This document shows, one piece after another, positions 14,156 to 27,356 of a DNA stretch of 64,000 nucleotides; position 1 is the first letter of the stretch, and each line of letters begins with the position of its first letter. The notes beneath the pieces were generated by a model. That model made no database searches and was not told the DNA's origin. It was given only the letters and a program-made list of their open reading frames with translations. Origin of the DNA: Phoronis australis (Eukaryota > Animalia > Phoronida). The position numbers and the translations under genes are program-made. The stretch lies in NCBI GenBank assembly GCA_002633005.1, contig NMRA01000069.1, positions 282,203 through 346,202 of the forward strand, read 5' to 3'.

Positions 14156-14881
14156 TCACCGCCTTCTTACTGACGTGGAGTGTCTGGATCGGCTTCTACT
14201 TCTTGATCGACTGCGTTTGTGCTTATCCACACTGCGGCTTCTCGATCGACGACTATGACGGCGATGTCCCTTATGGGAATAACTGTCTCTGTCGTTTCCT
14301 CGCTTTGAATCCTGACTTAACCAACGACTAGCATCTAAGTCCTTATCCGCACGTGACTTCATGGAAATTAAAATGGGTTTCTTATGCGGCCTATCAATAC
14401 CGCCAAATCTCAGTTGGCCAGCTTCTTTTTTCCCGCCAAAACCGCCGCCAAGTCTCCGTGGAACCCATCCTTTTAATGTCCTTTCACACTCAAAGTCGAC
14501 AAACAACTCGTTTCCATCAACAAATAACTGATGTGCGTGTCTACAGGCCTCCTTCGCTGAATGTTGCTCCTCATACTCAATAAACGCGTAACCTTTTGAG
14601 AACCCTGTCACAATGTCTCTCACCAGCCTCAATCGACGTATTTCTCCCCATTTCTTGAATATTTCGCGAAGGTCACTTTCCGTAGTTTTGGGGCTAAGTC
14701 TGGCAACAAACACTGTGTACGCTGGATCCCCAATGACATTTTTGTTTGGCCGGTACTTGGCTGTCATAGCTCGTACGATGCCCCGATCGTGTGGGTCGTC
14801 ATCTGTGCCATCTATACTACCTACTGTTAAGGGATTGTACACCTTGGCCAAGGCCGTCCACTCACTGGCTTTGCTATCCAT
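14156..14881 (-). CDS. SNRNP35: U11/U12 snRNP 35 kDa protein (minor spliceosome), 241 aa, single coding exon
   Basis: N-terminal YNPLTVGSIDGTDDDPHDRG, RRM (TVFVARL; RDIVTGFSKGYAFIEY), RTLKGWVPRRLGGGFGGKKEAGQLRFGG and an RS-rich tail; acceptor ttttacag just upstream at 14902. Confidence 0.97.
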   Translation of the reverse strand: MDSKASEWTALAKVYNPLTVGSIDGTDDDPHDRGIVRAMTAKYRPNKNVIGDPAYTVFVARLSPKTTESDLREIFKKWGEIRRLRLVRDIVTGFSKGYAFIEYEEQHSAKEACRHAHQLFVDGNELFVDFECERTLKGWVPRRLGGGFGGKKEAGQLRFGGIDRPHKKPILISMKSRADKDLDASRWLSQDSKRGNDRDSYSHKGHRRHSRRSRSRSVDKHKRSRSRSRSRSRHSTSVRRR

Positions 14882-15042
14882 CTTCTTAAATGACGGACTG
14901 TCTGTAAAATGTCACATCTAAAATTACATGTGTTGCCACGGTGTCACAAATTGTTTCTCTTAAACTTGTGACTGTATACTTTTCAATATTACAAATGATG
15001 CTTTAATTCACAGTTTACCTTGAAAGCAATGAAGTTCATGCA

Positions 15043-15316
15043 TATAGGCCGTGGAAAGGGCAAAAATAGTAAACAGAAAAATCAAACCCAATTCGTAAAA
15101 ATCAGACCTAATCCATAAAATCAATCTTCTAATAAGTAAAAATCAAAACTAATTCGTAAAAATCAACCCTACATGTAACTCGTAAAAATCACACTTGTTT
15201 GGAAAATAAAACTTGTTGGTGGAAATGAGAACTAGCTAATTGCACAGAAAGGGCAAAATTACAAATTAGGTTGGATTTTTTTCTATTAACTGTTTTTGCC
15301 CTTTCCGCGGCCCATA
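15043..15316. mobile_element. MITE with ~56-bp imperfect TIRs and internal ~20-bp subrepeats
   Basis: tataggccgtggaaagggcaaaaatagt... versus ...actgtttttgccctttccgcggcccata; repeated aattcgtaaaaatca. Confidence 0.7.
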
Positions 15317-16251
15317 CATACACAAAAAGAAATTTCACATAAAGCCCCTCCGTGGTACTTGCTAATGGTCAATTACCTATTGACCGATCGGTAAGTGGTC
15401 TAAATCAAAAGTTTGCTTCTAGCAACAGTGGGGATCAATTCTGGGCCTCAGAACAGGCTAGACGTCATTTTATTTCAAGGGGGCTTTATACTATACGTAC
15501 TGGTGCTAATACTAGCACTAAGACACTGACAATATTAGACAGCCCCACCCCTCATCCTGCCCTAGACATGTAACCTGTCTGTCTGTAAATAACTATTAAC
15601 ATGCTCCACCTGTGTTGCCTCCCAAAGGCATTGTAAGAGACCTGTCTATCAGCAGTACAGGGCTTGATTTGGAAACTTGCAGGTAGCCAATACGACCTCA
15701 GACTTTTATTTGGAGACCAGGTAAAAATCCCAGGTCGCCATGAAGTTGTCTCGAGCATTCCAGTAACACTCAAAATACTACAAGAAGTAAACAGATTGAT
15801 GTTGCAATTGTGTGAGCCTGTGGGCAGGATAATGGTTACAGACAAAATATGTTGGGTCGACACCAAGCACAAGAGACACTCCAATTTTCCATTAGAGCAA
15901 AAAAAGAAAAAATATGTCTCAGGTGGCTCACCGGACATTTGCAGAGTGCGCCAATTTTTCAGGTATGTTGTTTACTTCATTTGAATCGGCTCTTGCCAAT
16001 GCCAACAGGGTTTGGCGACCTATGCCATGCTATGGCTATGGCTCGGGCTCAGTTCCTGTTTGATGACCTGGGAATATTGTGAAGTCACATTTGGCAGCGA
16101 GTCGACGTTATGCTACGCAAGGAACACTAACCACGGCTATATGTTTTATTGATGTCAGTGGAAGCCCAGTGCCAGTGTCACTGGCAGTGATAAGACTTAG
16201 CTTAGCCTAGAGCTAGAGAGCTAGAGTATGGTAACTAGTCTAATAAACTAC

Positions 16252-17180
16252 TAGGCAATGACCATCGCCTCTGTTGGCCCGAACCAGAGGCGATGCAGAG
16301 GCTATAGGCGCTCTGTACGCCGGAAGCTTTTCGGCGAATTATGCCTCGCACCGACTAAACCATCAAAGCCACATTGTTATAAATACCTTTTGCGCATAGA
16401 GGAACACCTTAGGAGGTTGTCGATGTGTTTAATTCCTTCCAACTCGAACAAATACTCCCGTTATCAAAATTTTTCTTCGAGCAGTACCTATTTCAGTTCC
16501 CAAAATCGTGAAATCAAAATTTTCATTTTTTTTAACCAGGCCGAAGGTCAGAAGTTGCGATCCTACCGGCGAACTTTGAAAGCTGAAGTTCCCGCCGTTT
16601 GCGTACGTGCTGCCAGGAACCAGCCGTGCATTTGCCGTGTTGTTAAACATTAAAATGTCAAATATGTGCACAAAGACTATTAAATGTCACATCAACAGCA
16701 TTTATTTTTATCAAATACAAACAATAATTCATTGAAATACAAACAGTTTCAAGTAACGCCAATTAAAGACAAGTATAAGTGGTGGCATTTTGGAAACGAA
16801 CATTTGACTGACAAGACCGCAATGGCTAACCTTTGGCCTATTTAAAAATTGAGGTGATGAAGTCACATCACCTAGCGAGCGCGGTAAAAATCGTGGAGCG
16901 TGCGCAGTACAAAAATTTTGATTTCACGATTTTGGGAACTGAAATAGGGACTGCTCGAAGAAAAAGTTTGATAACAGGAGTATTTGTTCGATTTGGAAGG
17001 AATTAAACACATCAACCTCCTAAGGTGTTCCTCTGTGCGCAAAAGGTATTTATAACAACGTGACTTTGATGGTTTAGTCGGTGCGAGGCATAATTCGCCG
17101 AAAAGCTTCCGGCGTACAGAGCGCCTATAGCCTCTGCATTGCCTCTGGTTTGGGCCAACAGAGGCGATGGCCATTGCCTA
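16252..17180. mobile_element. Non-autonomous DNA transposon with ~270-bp TIRs and 9-bp TSD (Academ/AcademH- or Mutator-like)
   Basis: TAGGCAATG...CATTGCCTA termini; TIRs ~16252-16523 and ~16911-17180 highly similar; TSD ATAAACTAC at 16243-16251 and 17181-17189; diverged partial copy ~18810-19020. Confidence 0.88.
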
Positions 17181-17539
17181 ATAAACTACCAGAGGCAGAG
17201 CCAGGGCAGAGGCAGAGGAACCGAACAGATAACTCAACTACCTGCCTGTCGTACAGTCTAGGAAGGGAGTAAGCCCAGTAAACAAAGTCAGTGCTAAGTG
17301 AACGACGATGAAAAATCGTTACCTCGTTATAGAAAGTACAATAAGAAACTAGTTTTAGGGAAAATCAACTACGTATCATGCTCAAATAATAAATCGTGTG
17401 CTATCCCAGACGGTCGGCAATAAACTTTTTCCTGTCTGCACCTGCGCCCTCTGCCGTTCCTTGTTTTTAAATGTCTGTTTTTGTCACAAAATCTAGTATA
17501 ACTTAAATTTCCACGGGAAAATGCGATCAAATAATAAAT

Positions 17540-17710
17540 CAAATATTTATACCATTTGTTGTCTTTGCGAAATCAGTCCACTATTTGTTGAAATTAGTTG
17601 GTGACCTAATTTACGACAACCGTGAGTCACATATGTGTGTGATAAACTGAAAGCAGAACGGAGGTGTCCTGCTCATTTAGCAGTTAATACCTCGTTTTCT
17701 GGGTATGTTT
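17540..17710. promoter_or_regulatory. Probable shared head-to-head promoter and non-coding first exons of SNRNP35 (-) and FKBP8 (+)
   Basis: Divergent donor-like sites: minus AAATG|GTATAA at 17553/17552 (alternative GAG|GTAACG at 17323) and plus CTGG|GTATGT at 17702/17703; both genes' ATG exons start with acceptors, so upstream exons are required. Confidence 0.4.
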
Positions 17711-17838
17711 TAAAAGTTTGTGTTTTCAGCAACTTTTGAATAGTGTTATGGCGTTTCGCTTTATTTAACTTTAGTTAATGAATTCAATTTTAACTGATGA
17801 AATAGTTTTGTTGGAGTTTGTACTCTCCAGCTCAGCCT

Positions 17839-18740
17839 TGCCCTGGGCCTGGACTTGGTACAAAGCTGTATACTAAATATACAGCTTTGCTCCGATGTGG
17901 GTAAAAAAGTGGTAAGATAAAATCTGAAACAAAATTAGTGTCATTAAAAACTATAGTCTTCATTGAGTAAACTAAGTTATTTAACGGTGTTGGAAAAAAT
18001 GGCGTTCTACCGTTATTCTGCTGCTAAAGTTGTGGAGTGATCTTTAGGGATGGCTTTCGGTGCCATGAAATATTGCGTCACCTATTGGCCAGTTTCTTTT
18101 TTCGCCGATTCTTCAATCAACTGTTCATCTTTCACGAGGTTGCGTACACGTCACAACAATTTATCGGAACTAGTTTCACTTCATTATAAGTTTTTAGAAT
18201 TTCGATACCAAAAAACCAAATTTCAGAAGAAATTTTGCTGCTGCCAAGCTATCATCNGGTTGCGTACACGTCACAACAATTTATCGGAACTAGTTTCACT
18301 TCATTATAAGTTTTTAAAATTTCGATACCGAAAAACCAAATTTCAGAAGAAATTTTGCTGCTGCCAAGCTGTCATCATCTCTCTCTCTCTCGAGAATTTA
18401 GGAAATGGCGCATGCGCGCGACACGAGTGTACTTTTTTCAAAGCGATGACATACTTTTCATTGTTAGAAAAGGCGGAGAGTCGCGTACGCCAGAAAATGA
18501 TGTTTATTGCATTGTTTTTAACTTAAACGGCTGTAACAGGCAAGGTGAGTGTCGGTTGATTCCCAGACTTTGCATGCACCCCGTCCGGTCTTTAGATTTA
18601 TATGTTGATACAAGTTTCACAGCGAGGTGACGAGTAGAACTACCCTGGCTTATGCAATTTTGGGGTCTACGGAAGAAATACACACAGTGGTACCTAGCTG
18701 TATTTTGACGACAGTCTTCATACAGCTAGCTGGATGGCTA
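17839..18740. mobile_element. Non-autonomous element with 9-bp TSD and hairpins at both ends
   Basis: GCTCAGCCT at 17830-17838 and 18741-18749; terminal hairpins caaagctgtata...tatacagctttg and tagctgtat...atacagcta. Confidence 0.6.
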
Positions 18741-19069
18741 GCTCAGCCTCATCAAGTTGCTAGACACTGACCACCATCTCTAGCTGGCCCCAGTAGATAC
18801 GAAGAAGTTCCTATAGGAGCTTCATACTTCAGAAGCTTTTTGCCGAATTGTGACTCACACTTATTAAAACTTCAAAGTCACGTTGTTATAAGTGTGTTTT
18901 GCGCATAGAGAAGGACACCTGAGGAGGTCGTCGATGTCTTTAATTCATTCCAACTCGAACAAGTACTCCCGTAATCAAACTTTTTCTTTTATCAGTCCTT
19001 CGTTCAGTTGCCCAAATCGGCAATTTTTACCACTGCGCGAGCTCCTGGCAGACGAGGTAAAGATAGTAG

Positions 19070-20380
19070 CGCATGCAGTATTAAAAATGGCCAGTGGTGG
19101 CAATTTAAAAATTTTTGTGTATATTTTTGACATCCGCTCTCCTCTCTGCCAAGCCACTCAAAGGATTGGGCAAATGTATTCCTGATGAGAAAACCGCAGC
19201 TGACACACTTTTTGGACGGGTTCGACTATTGTCGCAACCCCTAGTGGGAATTTTTGTTTTTTGCATCCATGGCTGTGTCTCCTTAACTCTTTGCCTTTGG
19301 AATGTCTTTGTGAAATATGGAAGATGGTAACAAATGACGACAAATTTCAACTATAGGTGGCAGTTTTAGTTTTTTATGTTTGCGTCTGTATCTTTGGAGT
19401 TCATTGGTTCATTCTTCTGAAATTTTACAGATAGGTTTCTATCAAGGCAACAACTTTCCTTATTCGAACAGATTCAGCATATTTTGCACCACCTAGTGGC
19501 CATTTTTATGATTTTGAATTTGTTTTTTAGCATCTGCCTTTTGTCTGCCAAACTCAGCAAGCATCATCAGGAATCATACCAGTAGCAGTTGTTTTCCTGA
19601 TGAGAAGACCATGACTGACATTGATTTTTGGCGGCATCCCTTTGTGATAATTTTTTTTATTTTACGACCGTGGCTGCAGCTCCTGATTTCTCTATGCATG
19701 ATGTTGATGAACTCTTTCAGGTGTTTTCCTGTATAGGTGTAAAAATGGCTGCCTGTAACTTTTTGGACGGCTCTGACTACGGTTACGCCCCCAGTGTTAC
19801 CAGTAGCAATTAGATTTTTACTTTTGCCTCCATGTCTTCTAAGTTCCTCAATGTTTTTTCATGAAGTTTTGTAAACAGTTTTCTATTGTGGAGATGAAGG
19901 CATCTTGCCAATTTGTGATGGATCCAACATATACTGCGCCTCGTAGTGGCCTTGTCAATTATTTTTTAATCTTCTTTTTTGCCGTTTGCTTCTGCATCCG
20001 CCAAACCGCTCAGAGGATTGCTATGAAAATTGGCAGACATGTTCCTACGGACATGAGCACGACTGGCGTGTATTTTCAAATTGGTCCAACTATTGTGGTG
20101 CCCCCTAGTGACATTATTTTTGCATTTGCCACTGTATCTACTAAACCCAAGTGCAAGATTTGAATTTGTCAAGAAGTCTAGTCCTATTCTTATTAACTTG
20201 ATGGACGGATTTAACTAACCCTGTACCTTCTAATTGCTGTTTGTTTATTTTTATACATCTGCCTTTGTATCTTTGGAGCTCCTTGGTAGATGTTCATGAA
20301 AGTTAGCAGTTAGTTTTTTAATAGAGAACATATTCTGCACCATCTGATGGCCAGTTTTATTATCCTAAAAAACACCATTA
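19070..20380 (-). repeat. Degenerate array of ~120-160-bp HINE-type subrepeats
   Basis: Recurring reverse-complement units gc(a/g)cc.c.tagtggc and ttcatgaa(a/g)ttt matching the family at 12486-12935, 46050-46680 and 60440-62066. Confidence 0.6.
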
Positions 20381-22919
20381 GGAGCATACTGTTTTCATTG
20401 CACTCATGGGTGCATCTCAACAAGATGGAGCGTTGTTCTTGCTGGTAGAATTTTAAAGGTTTTAATTAATGACGAATTCATGTTACTCGGACATGATGAA
20501 GTCAAACGCACAATGCTGGTCCCCCACGATGTGAAAATGGGTACACCTGACTGACTTCACCGTTCCCTTGGGTCAAGCGGCCAAGACATCTGATTGGCTC
20601 TCAGTGACTAATTCCGGCTAACAGACCTATCAGATGCCTTATCCGCTTGAAAATGCAGAATCAGCAAAGTCAATCAGCCCGCAACCTTTGACACCAATTT
20701 TACAATGGTAAATCATCAATTAGTTTTTGCATTGTGTTGATAGCTGTTTTCAATAAAAAATTTGAATTGTACGCAAGACACAAAAATGCCCTATGCAACA
20801 TGTGTACATATTTCTGTTTCTGTTGACTAAGGACATTATTATATCTGAAAATTTCAGTTGATCCATTCTTGTTGTTTTATTTGCCTATTTATATATTACA
20901 CATAGGAAGAAATTAGTTGATTCCAACTACAAGTAGAGGCTAAGTTTATGGGTATATATTTATGCAAAACACTTGAGGGGAAATATTTCCCTTTGAAGAA
21001 GTGCGTCATTTCTGATTGATAGACTGACATTGGCATGTATATGGGCCTGTGTTGTAGGGTATAAATTGGACACAAATAGAGACTCAAAAATTAAATGTTT
21101 CAAGCATTTGAGTTTTGAAAATTCAAGCATGGACCCAGAGTATGAACGGGACTTGATAAGTGTCCTTCATTAGATAGCTGATCGTCCTCCGACACTAGGG
21201 TTGAACTCCATTCTTCTCTTTCGTAAAATTTTTGTCATGAAAACAATTCTTTTCTCACGTCATATATTTGTATTCTAGTACAAAAGTACTTAACTTTTCT
21301 GTTGATCATATTTCATTTCTCATGATTAATAGTTTGGTTGCGGTTCTTGGGGTATGAAATTGAATTAGTAAGAACTTAAGAAGAGAATGATGGTTCACAA
21401 CCAAAGTGTGGAATGAATGGTATTGGAAAATGTCACCAATTTGAGACAAAAGAATTGCCAAAAATGACCTTTTTCCATTTTCAAAGGCTTCAATTATTGT
21501 TTTGAATATTTACAATTTCTTTAAAGTATCTGATGTTAGCTACAGTGTAACTTAACCGCTGCTCATTACTTATGAAAAAAGAAATAGAATTTCACTTGTT
21601 CCCCACACTGTGACCTAAATTGATGAGGGATTACCATATTCATGACAAATTAAAACTGTTTGGGAGGTCCTCTGTTGTGCATGATAATAAGTTAGCTTGA
21701 TGCTGCCTTCTTTTATTTCTTTAGGAAGACAGATGTTAATTTGTCACAGCCCCAGTTTCCTACAGTCTGTACTTTTACACTATTTTAATTTCCACCTTTT
21801 AAGTTCATTGCTTTCGTGCAGCTTTGCCCGTTGATGTCATAAATAGCCTTTTGTTGCCATGGAGACTCGCCTAGGGCGCAAGTCAGCCCTATATTTCACT
21901 GCCATTCGATTCCGACCTCAATCAATAATTAGTTTCAATTACACGATAGCTCTTAACTCGTCAGATGTCATTTGTCTGTCACCAGCAATGAATATACCGA
22001 TTACTGCTTAGCTGAAGGTTCTTGCCATTCAGGGTGCTGTAGAACTCTGAATTAGATGTTTGATCTATTCCAAGGCCAGTTTCTTCTATTCAGCTATCAC
22101 TCTATGTGCAGATTTTGAGCATTGTTCATCCGTTGTTAATTTTTATTTCGACGTGGGTCTTTTAATCAGAAGTGGTAAGTGACAACATTTCTTCCTTGCT
22201 TAAAATTATGTAGGACTTTATTGACAAGTCTTCGCATTTAGTTAAGTATTTAAAAAACTGTAAATTTTAACTTTGTGGAAGCATATATTTTCTGAAAGCA
22301 GAATTTGGTTGATCTGTCATTAATTAGGTCACATGATAATGTTTTTTGTTAAGGTTAGCGAAAAAGAAATGTACATTGATAACAAAAATAACTTTAGTCA
22401 ATAACATTCAGAATGAGATCTCAAATGCCTTGTTACAGTTTTCTAAAATATTTCATTTTCAGTCGATGCAAATTTTGTCATGAAAGTCATGACACCTGTA
22501 TTTTTGATAGCCTCTCATGCAAAAATAGAACATTTTAAATTATTGCTAAGGGCATGCATAAAGCGCAGTAACTACCAACACTTCATGTGAATACGATTTC
22601 TCAGATGATGCTCCTAACTTAGCAGCCAAATTTGTACCTTTTCTAGGATCTTAGTGCGACACCTTAATTTCACTTGGTCAGATTCTTGGCTGTGGCCATG
22701 TTTCACAATTAAAGACGTCAACGGTATATGCAGTGTGTAAGAGTTCACCTTTAGTACCAACACTATGAGAGATGTTATTCAAATGTTTTTTTATTGTCTG
22801 ATTATACCCTCATGTCACAAGGAGAAAAAGTGATGTGTTGTGGAATGGAAATAAAAGGCAAAGCCATGAAGGAGTACGGAGCATAGTGTTGGCACCGAGC
22901 TGTTGATTTGTTCATGGGA

Positions 22920-23145
22920 CAGGGCTTAGAATTTTCCTCTTTTAAGAGGATTTCCTCTTTCTTAGTTTCGTTTTCCTATTATTTGATTTCCAGTTTCCTC
23001 TTTTTATGTCTTTTTTATCATTATTTTGACTTCATTTATGTAAAAACATTTATTTCAGTTAAATTTCACAACACAAAAATATTTCTATCACACAAGCCTA
23101 TTTATTTGTGGAACGATACGTGACCTGGAAAACTTTCCTCTTTTT
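22920..23145 (+). mobile_element. hAT-like terminal fragment (CAGGGCTT...), inverted copy at ~50410-50626
   Basis: cagggcttagaattttcctcttttaagag...cacaagcctatt matches the reverse complement of aataggcttatgtg...ggaaaattccaagccctg. Confidence 0.6.
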
Positions 23146-26100
23146 TGTCGTCGGTCATTCAAAGTACTGAATGGTTCATACTAAACTTTAAGCTCTTTAA
23201 TTTTGAGCATGCCTGATTGGCACTGTGTAATTCGTCCGTCCTACGACCGCCTACTTCTTGTGTCGTGTCAATTTGTTCCGGCTCAGCTGTTCCATAACAA
23301 ATCAGTGCCGTATAAAATTCACATAGGCATTGAAAATTTGATATAAAAAATATGAATACATGTAAAGGGACTGCATTATTGATGTCTGTCTATGTGGAAA
23401 CTCATTTACGTGTTCTAAATTCGCAGTAATAACAGTCGTTCGTGTCTTCAACCGCATTGTACTGTGAGTCTTAGTATTACTTTGATTTCACTGAAATTAA
23501 ATAATCAATATGAAGCACTTTCAAACAATGTGTAGCTTGATTTAAACGGATAAGGCTTCTATGTGTTGTCTTTGTTTCTAATTAAAAGTTGAAATTCAAC
23601 TCCGCTGCACGGTATCTCACAGTGCCTGTTTTTGTCATTCAGATGAGGTGGCCATGTTGCCTATTTTCTGCTTCAAAGCATTCCATTTCAAGCCACTCAC
23701 CAGTTACTCAAAGCATTGATTACTTAATTAACTGGAGTAAAGTCTAGGTACGTCTGTGAACTTCATCAACTTGTCTCGTGCGAGCATCCGAACATGTCGT
23801 GTGTTGCTAGGGTGAAGTGAATTAGATAATGTTTTTTGTAGAACTCATTCATAATCTTAGAAGCAAGCCCCTTATGATTGGTGCATGAAAATTTCCATGG
23901 CAACACTGACTGTGATAGCTCAACTCTGGCCAGTGCATTATGGACTAAGGTCAGTGTACAAACATTCTTTCTCAGCCATAATCATTTCAGACCCAATGCG
24001 AAAAGTGATTTAGACCTATTCTAAAGTTAGGATGCTAATAAAGTTTATACGCTCGAATAGATTAGCCTAGCAGTTGGACCAAAGTTAGTCCTATTACTGT
24101 ATGTGAGTACAATGCGAAAGGTTTGGTCTGGACTATTTTTCTCCACCGTTCTAAATTGTCTTGCCACTTCACGCGAGTGCTTTGTTCTTCCCACCATTTC
24201 CCATGCCCTTGACATTGCTCACAGTATATTGTCTCTGTACAATTTTAAACATGTCTCGAATGAATTCAACAAGAATCGAAGTGGAAACTGGTTATCAGAC
24301 AAAATCAAGATCCTGATAAGGGCTCTGGTTGGATGTACACTTGGCCTCTTGATCTAGTGAACCAGTTTCCACCACTGAAAAACGGACCTGTTATTCAGTG
24401 GTTGCCTGGTGCCAGCGTAGCGACATCTCGTGTTTAATATGTTGAAGCTTTAAATTTATGACTGTGGAAGCTTAGCATGCCAAGAATTGCACCATTACTC
24501 TTGGCACCTCAAAATCCAACTGCTGCCAGGTGGTTTGGTAATTGGCCCAGTTGCAAACCACCAGAATTAATGAGGAACATCATGTGGTAACATTATACAA
24601 AAAAAAAACTTTTAGGTTGTATAAGCCACATTTTTGTCCGATTTCCAGAATTCAAAAACTTAATCATGTGTACATTTCACATTTCTAGTTAAAATCTTTC
24701 AAAATGAAAATTTAAAAATGCCATTGTCGCCCGAGTGTGTTTATGATGGGTGTACGGTAAGTATCTGTGGAGAATGAAAACATTAGCAGCCTGAGGCGAT
24801 ATAATTGTCTACAAGTGCATGGTGTCTTTGATCTTTGCGGCAGATTCTGCGGTACGCAAACCAATCTCTGAGGGTTTCGATGTAGGATTCTTTTCTTTGT
24901 TCAGTCATGTGGGAAGGGTGATAATTTGTGACAGTAGGTTACCATGCTGAACTGAGATATTTTGCGACTGCGAACTAGTCAAGAATAATTAATGTGAGAG
25001 CAGTTGTATACAAGGATAATGCATAGCAGCTGATCAAAATAAGTTGTCATTGGCCAAAACAACAATGTAAAGGACATGAGTTTAGATGCACTCACACACA
25101 TATGAAGATATGGCCTACTCCAGAATCTAATCAAACAAAGGACATAAAATGCAAATGTCACTCTCTTTCAGATTACCCCCATAGAGTTGAGGTTCTGTGG
25201 GTGAATTGGCCCATACAGTAGCCACATTTTCTGGAACATAACTGTTAAAGGATATATACAGTAGACTCAATTTTTTGTTTAATGTATCATAAATTCGCAG
25301 TTTCAAAGAAAATAAGGATGTCCAGGCTATTGGAAATCATGTAGACTGTTTTGACCCTGAAAATTCGAAACCTGATTTGTAATATTACCGTTATATCTCC
25401 GTGTTTGTAAATAGAACCAGTATGAAATGCAAAGTTGGATTGAATAAACCTTTCAAATACCATAGTGTATGAGATTAGCCTTGGCAACTGCGAAAAAGGA
25501 AAAATTATAATTAGTTCTTTGACACTATTTCTAGGATGATGAACTATAAGGAAGGTGCGTGTTTATTGGAAACCCAGCCTTGAATGTTGTCATTTACTAG
25601 CTTGTTGAGAGTATTCATGTTTTATTAAAGAACAACATCATTTAATGGACTTATTCCATACATTTCCTTTATGGAACCATTATCACTTCGTTTTATAGAT
25701 CTATGTCGGCTTTTTCATGATGACACTGGATCCCATATGCTGCATCGTAATAACTCTTGTATATTGCTACGCAGAGACTGTGGTTGTTAAAGCATTAGAA
25801 GTGATACGATATGTTTTTTAAACAACTCCACGTTACATGGCTTCGAAATGTGTATATGCATGCATGTACTGGTAAATGTGATTGACCTTTCTAACATTTT
25901 ATGTTTCCATGGTGACATTTTAAAAGCTTGGAAAATTAATTTAGTATTGCTGAACGTCTATGTTTTAAGCAGTCAGTGGAATTGGAACTTTTGCTATTTA
26001 AAGATGTATTTTGTCCTGTTTACCTGACTAAAAAACATAAATCAAATTAGGCCTTCGGGGATGTTCCTAACCAGGTTTGAACCTGTGCCCTTTGTGTGTA

Positions 26101-27356
26101 CCTGATGATAAAAAGTTTGCCTGTTTTTCAAAACTTTGTGCCCAGCAGGCTTAACTAATGTAATTAAAATGGTAACATATGAAACAGAAACCTCAAGGGC
26201 AATCAAAATAAGAACAGAGTCAAGTTCATGTAAAAGTTGCAATTTCATTTAAAATTTGGAGCCAAGAGATGTGTTTTCATTAATGTAAACAGGAATGGTA
26301 ATTTACAATCAAATATTGGAAAACCTAAATGGCCTGTTAACTTGAAATCTGTGACCTATATGTTACCCGACTGACTCTAAGTTGACTAGAATCTTGCATT
26401 TTTGGAAGAATGTTGCCTGGGGGCGCACTGCTACAATGTACTTCCGCCTTTTTATTTTTTTGCGCTGATGGCGCATAGGCACTGTCCAGGAATATTCCTG
26501 GTCCTTTTAGTAAAAGTTTACGCTAGTAAAATTAGTCTTTTTAAAATATGCCCTACCCTATTAGGATTCCATTTGCATTACCAATTTAAATCACTGGTAA
26601 TGTGTACAGGAACCATTTTCAAATTCACAATTTAGGGCTGGCCAACCCCAATAAGCTCTGAACCGTTTTCTTGAGCGGCTGGTGGGTTCAATGCTTTTAA
26701 TTGTAATGGAGATAGAATCTTGTCATGGCAAAGATTATTATGAGACCAATTTCATGAGGAAAAAGGCCTAATTCGAATTCCGTTTTTAGCCACCTAAACT
26801 GGGTGATGTGTTGTTCAGCAAAGAGTTTTTGTATTTGATAAAAGTGTACAATAAAATCATCCAGCTGCAAAAGGGATTTCGACTTTTAAACAATGCGTTG
26901 CCAATAGTTTCACCACCAATCTAGTGTGTATGGAAACAAAAGGATTTTTTGGATGCCTGCAGTATGAAAATTGATTTAAAATTACTTTCCTTGATGCACA
27001 TCCCTCCAAAATTCCCGTACTTCGGTTGACTTCACATATTCCTTGTCATGGAGAGATATGTGACAGAGATTCTCAAAGAAATTCATACCATAACTCAACT
27101 GGTAGACCAGTGTCCAGTGTAGGTACATGCGGGTCAACTTCCTTGTCACTTCGTTTATTTTAATTCTTGTGGTTGTGTGGGGGTGCCTTACTGCGGAGTT
27201 CATTAACCTACGCAGCTCCCTAGCATTGAGGCTCATGTCAGTCTATAACTTCCGTTTGATGATTTTGTTTGCATAATGTTGTACTGTCTAAAATATTATT
27301 GAATTGGCCATTTCCAGAACCCAAATTCTGTTGTCAAGGTTGCACATGTTGGCAAA

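Noticed and set aside
16258-17174. Pair of near-identical ORFs on opposite strands (131 aa and 100 aa)
   Set aside because: Simply translations of the two TIRs of one element; no recognisable protein
18138-18377. 120-bp direct repeat producing the 158-aa ORF 18050-18526 with a duplicated peptide
   Set aside because: Copies abut a single N at 18257, indicating a contig-overlap artefact inside a non-coding element
24281-24372. 13-bp inverted repeat gtggaaactggtt/aaccagtttccac as a possible ncRNA
   Set aside because: Stem too short, with no snoRNA boxes or miRNA-like extended pairing evident
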